Below, piece by piece: positions 47,036 to 60,889 of a DNA stretch of 64,000 nt (position 1 is its first letter; every line of letters begins with the position of its first letter). The stretch is taken from assembly GCF_021869535.1 (NCBI RefSeq), contig NW_026262593.1:46996001-47060000 (forward strand), in the 5' to 3' direction. The translations under genes were made by a program, and so were the position numbers. This DNA comes from Mytilus californianus. Taxonomy: Eukaryota. Below the pieces are notes generated by a model. It was not told the origin of the DNA. It worked only from the letters and a program-made list of their open reading frames with translations, and searched no databases.

Positions 47036-50000
47036 TTATCAGTTTGGAATGAAAATACTTCATGAATTATAAAATATGGAACTTGTAGTGATTTTTTCCT
47101 CCGAAATTCAAAATGGAATCATTCAATATTAGCATAAACAATGTTTTGAATAAGATCATGTCGCCGTACAACCGGACAATACACATCCTCATTAATTTTG
47201 ACACGGTTGTCGAAGCAGAAGTTTGGTCCTATACCCAAGATTTCTAAAAAATAATCTAATATATGCAATAAGTTGGTAAATTATGGATGAATTTTAAACC
47301 ATAATCATGCAACCCAATCAGGATTCTTCTTCACCAAAATTATCCCCCATATACCACCTAATCTGTTCAATCGTGAAAATGGAAGCAATTGTAGAGATGA
47401 AACGCTGTCAATTTAGCGCTTGGAAATCGATAAATTTATTCAAATGGCATTGTTACGACAGATATTTCAAAAGATAAATGTATCTTCTAGATATTAAGCA
47501 TCATTTAATATACTTTTATGCCTTTTGTCAACATAAAATTATTGTCTGATTGACCATTTGTACTTTTTCTATAAAGAGTTTTAATTCTTAATATTAATTC
47601 CGACTATATATCAGTCTGAACAGTGATTTAGTACAGTATACTAATAGTGAATGCACTGGGTATGATTTTGTCTAAATACTTTTGAAACCAGATTAAACCC
47701 GTTTTCGTCGGACAATGGATAAAGACAGTTGTTCTCAATACGTTACGTTGGTTGATATAGTATAACGTTTGGTTTTATAAGGTTTTGTGAACTTCACCCT
47801 TTTTGAATTTATCTTTGAGTTCAGTATTTTTGTTGATAATTGTTTTCATGATTTAAATAAAATGTACATCTTATTTATAGTTTTTGTTATTGCACCATTT
47901 AAAAAAATTAGATTGTAATCATATAGTATAATTAAGAAAGGAATTGTGAGGGCTGTTTCATAAAACCATACATATGGGAAAGAGGGAAAACATTGAACTA
48001 TGAGTTTGTGTTTTTGTAAAGTAAAAGTGAAAGAGACATTCTAAAATTGGCTCTTTAGATGGTAACCTAATTTGTCCCGAAACTGCACGAAGTTAATTTA
48101 GAGACCTGAAACCATTTTTGTACAATAAGCAAAGGAATGGATAAGTTGAACTAATTTCTTTACCATGACTCTCACTGTATAATTTTCTGCCTTGTATGCA
48201 ACATACCATCTAATAAGTTTTAACTATCTTTCCAAGTTTCATCACTCACTGTAAGGGGTCTGATAGTAATAGAGCGAATTTTGTACATATACACAGGGGT
48301 TAATAAGTTTAACTTAGTTTTTTTGACATGACAATGACTGTATAATCCACGTAAGCGAGATACGAACAAGTAGTGGTTTATAATCAAATATCAAATTTCA
48401 TTAATGAACTCCAAGGAGTTTGAAAGTTAGAGAACATAAAATATTTATGACAGACGGACAGACTAGTTGATTACTACATTGATTGCTTGTTGTTTGCTTA
48501 ATGTCATGGGGCAAATGTTTCCTGCATGTACAGGAGGAGAACACATTAACAACAAGTATAGTTGTGAGTTACTGCTCACAAATAATACCTCCGTTTTAAA
48601 AATTTGGCAAACAGAAAGTTGATGAGCAATGGAACTGAAAACGTGTCCAAGGTATAGCATGCTGACAATTAATCCGGCGACACATTTCAGGAAAATCATT
48701 ACAAAATTTTAATCTGCTAACGGATGATATACATGTACTATAAGATCCTATAGGTTAAAATACATAATTATCCTGTGTCCAAGCTTTGATATATCAACAC
48801 TCCATTTTACTTTCTATTCTGGTAATTATTACATCAGCCAATGACATTTGGGCTTCCAGTTTTCTAAAGTGCGTATTAATTCCACAAAGCCAGAGGATCC
48901 AGTAAGTAAAACGACGCCTTTTCAAATCATTGTTTGCAAAGCTTGGACAGATGATATGTATTTAATCAGATTGTACATTTCGTATATTGGAAAGTTGCTA
49001 ACCCGATAAATCCCCTTGCTATTATCAATGATAGTGATTTAACTCATGTTCAAATTGCAGTTATTTGCAAGATGTCTTACAGAAAATAACTTGTTACTCT
49101 GCTATACGACGTAAACCGCCGTGCAATTCACCGTACAATAAACAAATACTGTTTTGACAAATATCCTTTCCAAAAATTATGTTTTAAAGAGAATTTCAGA
49201 CAATATGAAGTCACATTGTCATATGCTTAAAACTCATCTGGATAAATATTGAATAACAGTTAATTCCCAATTTGCGGGGCGATGGAAGACGAACGAACTA
49301 TAACTTTTTATGTAATGGGTGCACAATTTGTTAGAAGAACACAAAATCTTGTCAGTGTTTGGTATTTATCTGCATATAAAATTAAAGTACCATATCTAAG
49401 AAAATCATTTCATACGCGTTTACCTTATTAAATCGATAGAAATCATTATGGTCTAAATGAAAGAAAATCTTGTAGTTGTCTTTTCTATTGGCTTCGTAGG
49501 GGACAATTTCCGGTTGCGATGATTCACATTGTTGATACACATCGGTGGTGGATGTAAGATAAGTTAGGGAAGGACAAGGTGTTTACAAAAAAAAAATTGG
49601 TGATATGGCGGAAAGGGTATTATTTCTGTAGAATGAAGGAGTGAGCAGAGTTATTATAGTGCAGTTTTAAATAGATTTCTACTCAAAATTAACTTTTTGC
49701 ACAGCTTTAGATAAATAAAAATCCGTCGGAAGCAAAATGTAAAATACTTGTGGAAATAATCATTGGAAGACTAAGGCTATCTATGTGTCTTCAAGTTGAC
49801 AGGCACTGGCTGAATCTGGAGTTTTTTTGGTTTATAAATGAAGTTAACTGTTTGGCTCTTTCGATTTCAAAAAAAACAAACGTGTACAATGTACGAGGAT
49901 CATCTGGTTCTGAATGGCGTTTACAGAATAAAAAATAATTGTCTAATAAATAAAAATACAGAAAAACGGGCCAAAAAAAAAAGGGTAGAGTACAATATGG

Positions 50001-53000
50001 TGCTGAAATACAATGAAATAGACAATAACTGAAAAAAATGGAGAAAAAATGCTTACGAATACAGAATGAATATCCCATTATCCAAACCCACATGTATCAA
50101 ATTAGAATTGTTATGGAATGAAATCGGTTACATTCAATTGAATGACAAAGTTGTATGGTCAAGAAAAGTTATTACACATTGAGTGCGTAGGCTAACTACG
50201 TCTTACAACGACATTAAAGCAGGATTTTCAACATGGCAGCAGGATTCCAGGGTATCATCTATGTGTCCGGAAAATCGACAACTTATACTTTATACTATAA
50301 ACAACTGTCATACAAATGAGAGGTTTGCATAGCTATAAAACCAGGTTTAACCCACCATTTTCTTCAGGAAATGCCTGTATCAAGTCAGGAATATAACAGT
50401 TGTTTTTCACTCGATCCGTTGGTTGGAAACGTTTAATTTTGTCATTTGTTATGGACTTCCCTTTTTTTCAAATAACTTTGGAGTTTGATATTTTTGTTAT
50501 ACTTTTTTACCTAACTATCTAAACCTACCTCATATACATAACATATAAACAATGATTTTTTTTTGTCAATAAAGATTATTTTCCCTGGTAAACGAAAGAT
50601 TACCCAATTTGAACTGTGATCTGCTACACATTACAAATGCATTATGTAACAGATCCTAGCATTACTTATGTTTTTTTCCGGTGGACTCTTGTTGTCTGTG
50701 GTATAGAAATATGGTCATTCCTGGGCTTTACCGTCCGGCAGTAAAACCCTTCCTTAAGTGGGTCACGTACGTTCGGAATGGGGAATAAAATGTTTAATAA
50801 AACAAAATTTGTTGAACAAAATATACAAACATTTACGGTACGTGTACATATGTCACAGTGAATTCGTGAAATTAGTTACAATTTAAATCATTGAAATAAT
50901 TGGGAACTTTTTTTACAAATTCGCCGGTTTAATTCAGATAATAAGAAAAATATATAAATTCGTGTTTAATGCCAATCTAGATGCTAATCATAATCTGGGT
51001 CTGCTTTCTCAAGATTTTATTAAACACCTTGTCTCTGGGAATAAACAAACCTTAATAAAATGGATTAAAAAAATCTAACTATCAGTAGGATACAAAAAAG
51101 CTCAGCAAGTACAATTTTCATATAATTTTGTTTGTCATATTTCGGCATAGTCTGTCAACTGTAACACAAACTCGAACTGTATGTCTTCGTTAACACTAAC
51201 GTACCAAAAATCAGGATAACTGAAAATTGACAAATGTCGGATTTTTCAGAAGAACGGAAGGATAGACATTTGTCAAACTATATGCCCGGCGATGTAATTG
51301 CTAGGCATACAACAACAATTACAATCAAAAAAGTTTAAGCATACCTAATTGTATCAAAGAATGTTCGTACTTTTTAATTGGTGCAATACCTTTGTTTTCG
51401 GGGTGTTAGTTACCGAAAGTATCAATAGTTAGTTTACTGCTTTAACAATGACACTTGTTATGACAAATATAATTTGTTTTGTCAATTTTAAGTTAATTTA
51501 TTAATATTTGTGTTAAAAGAGGATACTCAGTCAAAAGCCAGTATAGAAGAAGGACTGACACAATATCAATGTCCTCAAAAACTTTAAGCAAAAAAGTGAT
51601 GAATATGCAACAAGAACTCAATCAAAACCGAAGATGAACTCAGACAGAAGTAGTTTTTACTTGGAAAATGGTACCCGTCATTTTGTAAATGACATATACA
51701 TAAAATACTGTGATTTTTTTTTCGATGAAGAGATATAAACAAACAAAGACGGGATTGTGACTATTACAAACAAAAAAAAAACGTGTAAATTTTCATATAT
51801 GGATACCAAGCTTCAACTTCCGTTGGCGAAGATACTTTTGTGGTCTTTTATCTTTACTTTGTAATTTTCCTTTAGTTATTTAGTTTTGCTTGATCCACAT
51901 TTTTAGTATTCTCGAAAAAAAGGCTCATTCAATTAAGCAGTTAAGTCGAAGTTGTTGTTTTTGCTTCGCATCACGGTGCGAAGCTATTAGTTTTATACCA
52001 TATTCGTGCCACCTTGAAAATATTACGTACAAATATCGGTTCTCATTAGCTGTCTGTTGATGTGGTAAAGATTTATTGGCTAGAATGAGATATATAACTG
52101 GAAACATGTCCCGGACATGAGAAGATATTAAATACGAACATAGTTACAGTATGGGTATTCAAGATCCGAACTGATACCCGATCAATGAATAATTTTATCT
52201 TTACTGGTTTACATTGCTATATAATGTCGAGTGACTCGAGTCCATTCGTGTTGCAAAATTAGAAGAGGGACAAAGATAAAACAAATTTCTGAGTGTTCAT
52301 CTGACTATATATGCATATACACCAACACTTTAAATATATATAGTTACCAGTGATATTCAAGAAAATTGTCAGAATACGTGTTTTCCATGTTATAATTGTG
52401 AATTAGCATTATTGTGAGAAGATCTGAAATATTTATGCATCTAATAACAACTTGGTCACATTACTGTGTGAGAAAACATGCACGTCGAGGATATCCATAT
52501 GAAAATAAATATTGCGTCAAAATTGACTGTTAAAAGTCCCATAACTTTATTGAACGACAAACTATAAAATTTCAAAGTCAACGCGAGTCTAGATTCGCCA
52601 ATAACAACAATAATGTCAAGTTTGTAGTTAATCCAAACATTCTAGAGCTAGAGTATGCCATGTAGAATATTACCATAATTGTGGAATGACAAATCATAAA
52701 TTTTCAAAATCAAAAGGTATCTCTGGAATGACGACACATAAGAATTTTAAAATCAAAAGGAAGTTTCGTCTATCAATCCGTATGTTCCGTTTAGTTTCGT
52801 AGGAATTGTTTAAAGCAAATTTAAGTTTTAGTAGGAAGTATTCGTGGACAAACTACATGTAGTATACCACAATACACCCATCTAAGACGGGCTTAGAAGA
52901 CCACACTTATGAGTATATTCACAAAGGGGATAAAAAAAACACCTGTTTCGTACTTAAACAACCACTTAAACCACATCTTTCCTTAAATTATTATAAAGCG

Positions 53001-54501
53001 AAGCACTCTAACGTTTTTTTAGAAAGCTAAAACTTGTACTTCAAAGTATTCAGAAACTTGTGTTATATATATAAAAGCCATAATCTAAACTTTATCATGT
53101 AAAGCTTTTTTTTTGTTTGTATTTTGTTTTATTTGAGCCTCCACATATTTGATATCATAGCGAAAAAAAAATATTCAATAAAGTCTTGTAACCGGAAAGC
53201 AAAGTCTTTAAACCTAATTAGATTAATCAAAATCCCGACCAGGGATTCGGAACGTACATTTTAATAATGAAATATTGTACTTTTTTCAATGAATATCAAC
53301 CCAATCATATAATGTGGTTTTCATTTAGATTAATGAACAAGGAAGTTATGTGGTGTCTATTAGAATATTGCAAAAAGGGGAATTGCCACGTCTCGTTCAT
53401 TACAATTCAGAATTTTGTTACCAAAAGGTTGTCAAACAAGAACAAAATTATATCAAACATTTTTCATGAAGTTGATCATTCTATTGATATTTGTAATGTT
53501 TATTTGATCCATAAGTCTTTATAAGTTAGTCATCCCCTCAGAAGTTAGTGATTTGCCTCTATAAAGGAGTGGAGCCAGTAACCCCAAATAAACGGGCCTT
53601 TAAGGGTGCATTTTTTAAACTGCAATTGTTTTTTTAATCTAACGTATTGCTAAATGTATTATTTTGGAAAGTATAATAATAAAATTGTATATTTGCTTCA
53701 TAGTAGTCAATATATAAGACTGAAATAGAACAGATTTCATTTTGGTTCATTTATCTAGAAATGTGTCACCTTTTTTTTAAAACTTTTTTTCATTAGTTTA
53801 GATGTGGCGCCACGTCTCTCCCATTGAAATTTTGGTTAAAAGTAAACAATATGGTATATTAAAAATAATACAGCTAAAATATTTGTTGGAGAGTGAAGGC
53901 GCCAATGTTAATTTTTCAGAAAAATGTCATATATTTTGCTAAATTATGCAAACATACACCCCTCTTCCCCTAAACCAAAGTAGCAAGTTCATGTATATAT
54001 ATAAGGATTAATGACTTTGAAATTTATTTAATAATTTATATAATATTTCGTAGATAAACGACAGCGCATCATAAGCCTCTAAGGGCTGGTTGGTATAGAT
54101 ATACATGTTTATTAACTACATACATGTGTTTAAAATTGTTATATACATGCACCAAGTTGTGCTTTAAATTAGAAATATCTATCTATCTATATGGAGCATT
54201 GATTTAATTTATGGATTTACCACAAACTATTTTTTTCTTACTATCAATCTTACGTTTATTATCTTTTTATTTATCAATAGTTACACAATTATATTCCGAT
54301 AGGTTGGTGGCATAACACATAAGCATGTTTGAACATTAAATATGATTCACAAAGTTCAACATTGATATGCAGGTGTTGAATCAATCCTCCTATAAGTGGC
54401 AATGGCTTATTGCGGAATTTAAAAGTAAGCGGCATACTTCAATTGCAATTTATAATTTTGAATTATTTGAATTCTTAATTTTTGCAATTTTAAAATTGAC
54501 T

Positions 54502-54866
54502 TCAGGATGTTTTTGATCCTCTTTTAATTTGTAGACAGCAAATTAATGTATTTATTTCTCGACGGAAAAAAATGCTAACAGTCATACTTATATTATTATA
54601 TTTTAAAGTCAAAGACTTTATTGTACGTAGTAAACATTCCTGATTAACATCATTCGTTTGCGTCAAAGTAATAACATCTCTAACCAAGCCCCTGGCATGA
54701 CAAATTTAAAACTCGTTTCTCGGACATTTCGTGTCCAATTATTAAGATAACGAGAAGCCAATAATTTAATGAGAAGTCGCCAAAGGATTATTATAGTTCG
54801 GTACATTTTTTCCAATATTTTAGAGACCGAAGCACGACTTTCTTTGAATTCAAACTTGGCTAACAC
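54502..54866 (-). mobile_element. Possible highly decayed non-LTR RT fragment
   Basis: SVSKILEKM resembles the LINE RT motif SxxSKxLEK. The rest is too degenerate to confirm. Confidence 0.3.
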
Positions 54867-55517
54867 TTATTATGATAAGAGTTCTTCTCGGTGTGTAAAA
54901 GATGCTAATCAAGCATTTTAGCAATTCAATCTAATAAAAATCAGCTGTTTGTTTGTCATAGTATAAAAACGTTGCATTCGAAGCCACAAAAAAAAAAACC
55001 ATATGATTTTAATCAAATTGTGTGCTTGTGACTGCTTATACCGCCGTGTTGATATACAATGAATAGATATTTCGAAATGTTTTACTCGAAAACAAGGTTT
55101 CTTATTGTAAAGCTTGACAGTCGCGGAAGATTACCTGAAGAGCATTCATAGACATTATTTTTTTGTTTTTTATTCGCCGATTCCAAAAAATTATCTACTC
55201 CCTTTTTTATGAAGTTGATCATTATCATTGCACGTCATATTTCATCCGATGATATAGATGCTTAACATCAAAGTGCATGTAGGTAATATATTGATTAAAT
55301 CACCCTTTTTCAGAAATGGAGGCCACAATTTATAATACCTGCATTTGATCTGTGCCAAGGAACATTGCACTCAAATTTTTGAGAGATTTAATCAAGATTA
55401 CTGCAAAACCATAGAGTCTACATACAGACGGACAGCAAAAACGATGACAAACCCATATACATGTATGTACCCATATGCATAGAAAAGAAATGTAGTCGTA
55501 CAAAGATTACATCTTTA

Positions 55518-55801
55518 TTATGCTCCACCTACGATAGTAGTAGGGACTTTATGTTTTTTGGTCTGTGCGTCCGTTCGTTCGTCCGTCCGACTGTCCCGCT
55601 TCAGGTTAAAGTTTTTGGTCAAGGTAGTTTTTGATGAAGTTGAAGTCCAATCAATTTGAAACTTAGTACACATGTTCCCTATGATATGATCTGTCTAATT
55701 GTAATGCCAAATAAGAATTTTGACCCCAATTTCACGGTCCACTGAATATAGAAAATGATAGTGCGAGTGGGGCATCAGTGTACTATGGACACATTCTTGT
55801 T
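55518..55801 (+). mobile_element. Helentron-associated (HINE-like) element with (TCCG/TTCG)n microsatellite
   Basis: TTATGCTCCACCTACGATAGTAGTAGGG terminal hairpin, GTCCGTTCGTTCGTCCGTCCG microsatellite, and end GGGGCATC...GGACACATTCTTGTT. Confidence 0.65.
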
Positions 55802-56375
55802 CATTCATGGAAAAAGGTCTTAGATATTATATGAACTTGACGGTATACCTGAATTATTTTATTTCTTAAAAGGGCTCTGCAATAATTTAACTTGAACATA
55901 ATACCTCTGTAATCTTTTTATGTCCCTTTTGGTCATATACCCCTCAACGTAATAAGATATTTATACATCCTTGACTTTCAAATTTTAGGATTTGAGCGGT
56001 TCTAATGAAGATATCCCCAACAAAGCGCGTCGAACGAACAAATTAATAAAGTCTTTATTTGCTTAACATATTTTGGTAAACTTCTGTCCATGAATTGCTC
56101 TTCATTGAAAAGGGGTCATTCTCTATATTCTCTAATTTTCTAGGCCATTTTTGTTCTCTATTCTTATTTTTTTCCAAATTTTTTTGGCCCATAATTCTCG
56201 ATTTTTTTATAATTTAGTATCCCATTATTCTCTGTTCTTTTTTTTTGCATTTGATACACTGCATGTTCTACATTTTGTGAATAGCATTAAAATATTAAAA
56301 TCAAACAAACTCTTTAATAAAATATATCAACAAAATACAAATTTGTAAGGAAAATCCCTAGCTGTTACAGCTTTT

Positions 56376-56525
56376 CTAAATAAACACTTCGGTTTCTCTA
56401 AGATTTTCCTTATCTAATGCCCAAGGCTGAATTTCACCTCTGGCTATACAACAATATATAATAGCACCAAGTACATAAAATGCTGCTGTGACATAAAATA
56501 CATTCCTCCATTCTTCAGAGGTATC
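56376..56525 (-). CDS. SLC17-family (sialin-like) MFS anion transporter, last coding exon
   Basis: Acceptor TTCTAG at 56527-56526 (phase 0). DTSEEWRNVFYVTAAFYVLGAIIYCCIARGEIQPWALDKENLRETEVFI*, with the EW.xVF...GE.QPWA signature. Confidence 0.9.
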   Translation of the reverse strand, partial: DTSEEWRNVFYVTAAFYVLGAIIYCCIARGEIQPWALDKENLRETEVFI

Positions 56526-57619
56526 CTAGAATAGAAAGAAATATTATAATGAAATTTAAATGCAACAATTTGTTCATGGTTAAAACTGGCGTAAAATCCA
56601 GAACTGACATGCGGCAACTAAGGAGTGAGCCGCGAATCAACAAAACTGCGTTTGCAACCTTAAATACTAAAATTGACGGTGATAACTCCATATGATAACT
56701 ACAGTTATGTTATTCCTTAATTGTCCTCATAAAGTATTGAAAATGCAGATAACATACCTACGGTACCATTAAAACGTTTAAACCCGCTGCAATTGTTTGC
56801 ACCTGTCCTAAGTCAGGAATCTGATGTACAGTAGTTGGCGTTTGTTGATGTGGTTCATAAGTGTTTCTCGTTTCTCGTTTTTTATATAGATTAGACCGTT
56901 GGTTTTCCCGTTTGAATGGTTTTACACTAGTAATTTTTGGGGCCAATTCGTGGGAAAAATTTGGTTGATTATATAGGGAATCACTGAGGCATGACTGGAG
57001 CGGGCCCCCCTCCCCCCCCCCCCCCCTTATGAAAAGTTCTGGATCCGCCACTGCCAGCATATTCACATTTTTGGAATTTACTCAAATTTTGTTATTGAAT
57101 ATAACTACAAACAGTTGTTTGTATACATAAACGATGCATTAAATGCACAATGACTATACAGCTAACATAATATATCTTGCAGTTACTACAGAATAATTAA
57201 AATATAAATTTGTATTATTCCAATTCAGTAGTCATTGGCTGATACATGGACTGCAATTACAGTGCGTAATTCTATAAAAGTGGCAAATTGTTGTTTGCCT
57301 AATATCCAGTGGAAAATATTTCATGCATATTTAGGACAAGAACAAATATCCAATATATCCAAATGGTAGGTTCGACAAATTGGAATCTACCCGAGTGAAG
57401 ACCAGACTTTTGACCAGCACTTGATGTTAGATATGGCCTTGCAATAGGTCACCTACAGACTCCTCAGATTTATTGCAAAGGTTCTTTAATGGCATTAAGT
57501 TTGAACATTCCCTTCACAAGGCATCTTATTTTACTTCCTCATTCCGACCGGATATGGATTCGTATTCGTACATCTTTCACAGCTTGTAGTTGGTCTACAG
57601 TAATCAATAACCTTTTGAT

Positions 57620-57821
57620 CGTAATGAGGTTGTAATTCGAACCTCGCTCATGGCAAGGTACGTTCGATTCCTTTCTTAATTTGCTAAGATTGCAAGTTTA
57701 CATGCCGAAGGTCGGTGGTTCTCTCCGGGCACTTCGGCTTTCTTCACCAATAAAAACTGGCCGTTATGATATATCCTAATTTGATATAAAAAAGTGGTTC
57801 AACACCAACAATCAATCAATA
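57620..57821 (+). mobile_element. tRNA-SINE, V-domain-like
   Basis: B-box remnant AATTCGAACC, core GGTCGGTGGTTCTCTCCGGGCACTTCGGCTTTCTTCACC and (AATC)n tail ending about 10 nt from an SLC17 donor site. Confidence 0.6.
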
Positions 57822-57833
57822 AGCTAGACTTAC

Positions 57834-57924
57834 ATTTGGGGTCAGTTCACCAGCTATAACAGGTGCAACCATACCAGGTATAGTTGCTATAGTATTAGTT
57901 ATACCATACAATATACCTCCATAC
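57834..57924 (-). CDS. SLC17-family transporter exon (TM11)
   Basis: Acceptor TTTCAG at 57926-57925 (phase 2), donor GTAAGT at 57833. [30 protein letters not shown]. Confidence 0.92.
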
Positions 57925-58186
57925 CTGAAATAATGTTACACATTTTATACCAATAAATACATATTAATATTTATATCTTTCATTAGAGAGGAAAACATAA
58001 TCTACAGAGCCAAACAATGACGGCTATATGTACGCTTTTTTACCATGATCATAAATATATTGTTGGATTATTTTTTTTCTGTTTTAAAGACAAAGTATCG
58101 TTAAAGATGTGTCATCGTCCGTTGGTCTCTGGTGGATAGTGAGACATTAGCAATCATAGCACATAACTTTATTCTTTATTTAAAAA

Positions 58187-59369
58187 ATAAATGTGGATAG
58201 TGTCCACATGTGGACACAGATGATGCCCCCGCTTGCATATCATATAGTTATAAAGGGACATAACTGAAGAACGGTAAAAGTGACGCAACCCAAATTTGAG
58301 CTTGATCTGAGTTTTGTGGTAATAAGCATTGTGTGTATGTCTCATAACATTTGGTTGAGGCTAACTTAAGTAGAGAACAGAAACTAAAAATTCAGTAATT
58401 TTTCTATTTGTAAACACGCACAACTCTAGAACGGTTGTGTATAAGTTTTACAACATTTGGTTGAGACAAACTAAAAAATTCAGCAATTTTTATGTTTATA
58501 AAGGGACATAACTCTAGAATGGTAAAAGTGTTGCCACCTAATTTCGTACTTAATCTGTATTATGTAGTAATAAGCATTGTGTATAAGTTTCATAACATTT
58601 GGTTGAGGCAAACTCAAGTTAGAGAACTGAAACAAAAAAATTGAACTTGATCCTTACTGAGTTTTGTGGTAATGAATATTGTGTATAGGTTTCATAATGT
58701 TTGGCTGGGGAAAACTTCAGTTACAGAATGGAAACTTAAAAATTTTGCAATCTTTCTATTTATAAAGGGGCATAACTCAATAATGGTTAAAGTGACACTA
58801 CCCAAATTCAACTTGATCTGTGTTTTATCAGTGGAAGTCAAAATTAAACATTGCATTGTATAAAGCATTGATTGTAGTTGATTCAACTATAATCATGGTC
58901 AAAGGAAGATAACTCCAATTTTAAAAATATATTATATAAACTTGATATTTAGAAGAAAATCAAAATTTTTGCAATTTTTCCTTTTATAAAGGGGCATAAC
59001 TCTAGATCGGTTAAAGTGACACCACCAAAATTTAAACTTGATCTGTGTTTTGTGGTAATAAGCATTGTGTATAAGTTTCATAACATTTGGTTGAGGCAAA
59101 CTTAAGTTAGAGAACGGAAACTAAAAATTTTGCAATATTTCCTTTTATAAAGGGGCATAACTCTAGATCGGTTACAGTGACGCCACCAAAATTCAAACTT
59201 GATCTGTGTTTGGTGGTAATAAGCATTGTGTATAAGTTTCATAACATTTGGTTGAGGCAAACTCAAGTTAGAGAACGGAAACCAATTTCGGGACGTACGT
59301 ACGAACGTACGTACAGACGGACAAGGGAAAAACTTAATGCCCCCTCCGCTACGGCGGGGGCATAAAAAA
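58187..59369 (-). mobile_element. HINE-like element carrying an internal about 161-bp satellite array
   Basis: Terminal hairpin ATGCCCCC...GGGGGCAT (59338-59363), (TACG/GACG)n microsatellite, and tandem units with a 161-bp period (GGGGCATAAC at 58991 and 59152). Confidence 0.75.
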
Positions 59370-60348
59370 AAGTTCAACACTCTTTGTTAAAATATTACTG
59401 TTTCCATAATCTATCAATTTAGACAACCCAAACAGCTAACTATTAAATGCTTTAATCAAGGTCGTGCCTTTGTCCGACTGTTTATGGCGTCTTTCGTTAA
59501 ATCCGTTGTATGTGTACTGATTGATACTTTAATCTGATAGAAAATGATTCATTAGTTGATACTGGCTTTTAACTAGATTTCAGTAACAACGAGTACTCAT
59601 AGATCAGTACTTTTTGTCTTTTATCCTTATGTTAGTTGTTTTATGAGCTTCGTGCCAATCTAACTGAAGCCTTTTTCAACTGATTTGTACAGTTTATTCT
59701 TATCTTGTACTGTTTCACTACTGTCGTAGACTAGCGGAGGGTTAATCTTTCATAAACATGTTTAACTTCGCCACTTTTTATCTGTGCTTGTCCACCGCCA
59801 GGAGCCTCTTATTCAGTGGTTGACTTTGTTCCTGTTCTTCATCAAATAAATTATTTGTTTTTCGTTCATTGTTTCGTCATAAATCACGATGATGTTTTTT
59901 TCGTTTGAATTGTTTCATATTTTGTCATGTTGGGGCCTTTAACGCTGACTATACCGTATATTTGCTTAACCCCACGTAATTTGGAATTTGATGGATAGTT
60001 GTCGCATTGGCAATTACACCACATATACCCTATACGTTGATATCTATTATTCTATGAAGGCACGAATGAATACAATATATATAGTATTGCCGATAGCCCA
60101 GCAAGTATAGTGACGTAAACTTCTAAAACTATACGCTAGTACCGTTAATACAACAATTTCTCCTTATACTAACGAAATTGAGAAATTATACATCTCCTTA
60201 TTTTTTCATATAATTGTACAATTATAAAAAAGATATAGAACATCATACATTTATTTCTTTGAAATAACAGGAAGTAGTTAACTTCAATTTAAGATTGTTT
60301 GTGGATTTTAGATTAGTAACATACGAGAAAATCGGATTATGTACATAC

Positions 60349-60499
60349 TTAGGAGCGATGTCTATATGATTAACAGCATAACCAGCCCGCTCAAAACCAG
60401 TAAACAATAATGCTAAACATAAAAACACTACGGCAAGTCCACGTTTCTCACATTCTACAAAGCCAGTTGCTATTAGAAATATCCCTGCTCCAATAAATG
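60349..60499 (-). CDS. SLC17-family transporter exon (TM9-TM10)
   Basis: Acceptor TTTCAG at 60501-60500 (phase 1), donor GTATGT at 60348 (phase 2). FIGAGIFLIATGFVECEKRGLAVVFLCLALLFTGFERAGYAVNHIDIAP(K), with the NHxDIAP signature. Confidence 0.95.
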
Positions 60500-60889
60500 C
60501 TGAAAAAATCATTTGAAATTTGAATTCATTTGTCATATTGCCAAGGATAAATCTTTCCTACAGCATTTTAAAAACAGTTGCATAATATATATAATTTGTA
60601 TAATATTCTCAGTTGTATATGAAAATGGGATTAATTTGTTAAAGAGACCATTTTTTTCAAAGAAAGAAATAATTAAGACTCATATGAGAGCATATTTCTT
60701 TAAGTCAATCTTAATTGTATCTAAAGGGGAATTTAATATCTCAAAAATCAAATTATTAAATCAAATTCCGTAAAGCTTAAGCATTCCTATGAAACAAGAT
60801 ATCTGAGAACTAAGGAAGTCTTAGGGGCAATACAATGTAAAATTGATATTTTTCTACTCCTTCCACATTTTTACTGCAAATCATTGTTT

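Noticed and set aside
49500-49554. AG...GT-bounded open segment (GQFPVAMIHIVDTHRWW)
   Set aside because: No compatible neighbouring exon or recognisable homology was found.
47100-55500. Short ORFs of 60-100 aa in this interval (e.g. 49750-50093, 53267-53524)
   Set aside because: No recognisable motifs, low-complexity AT-rich composition and no consistent splice chain.
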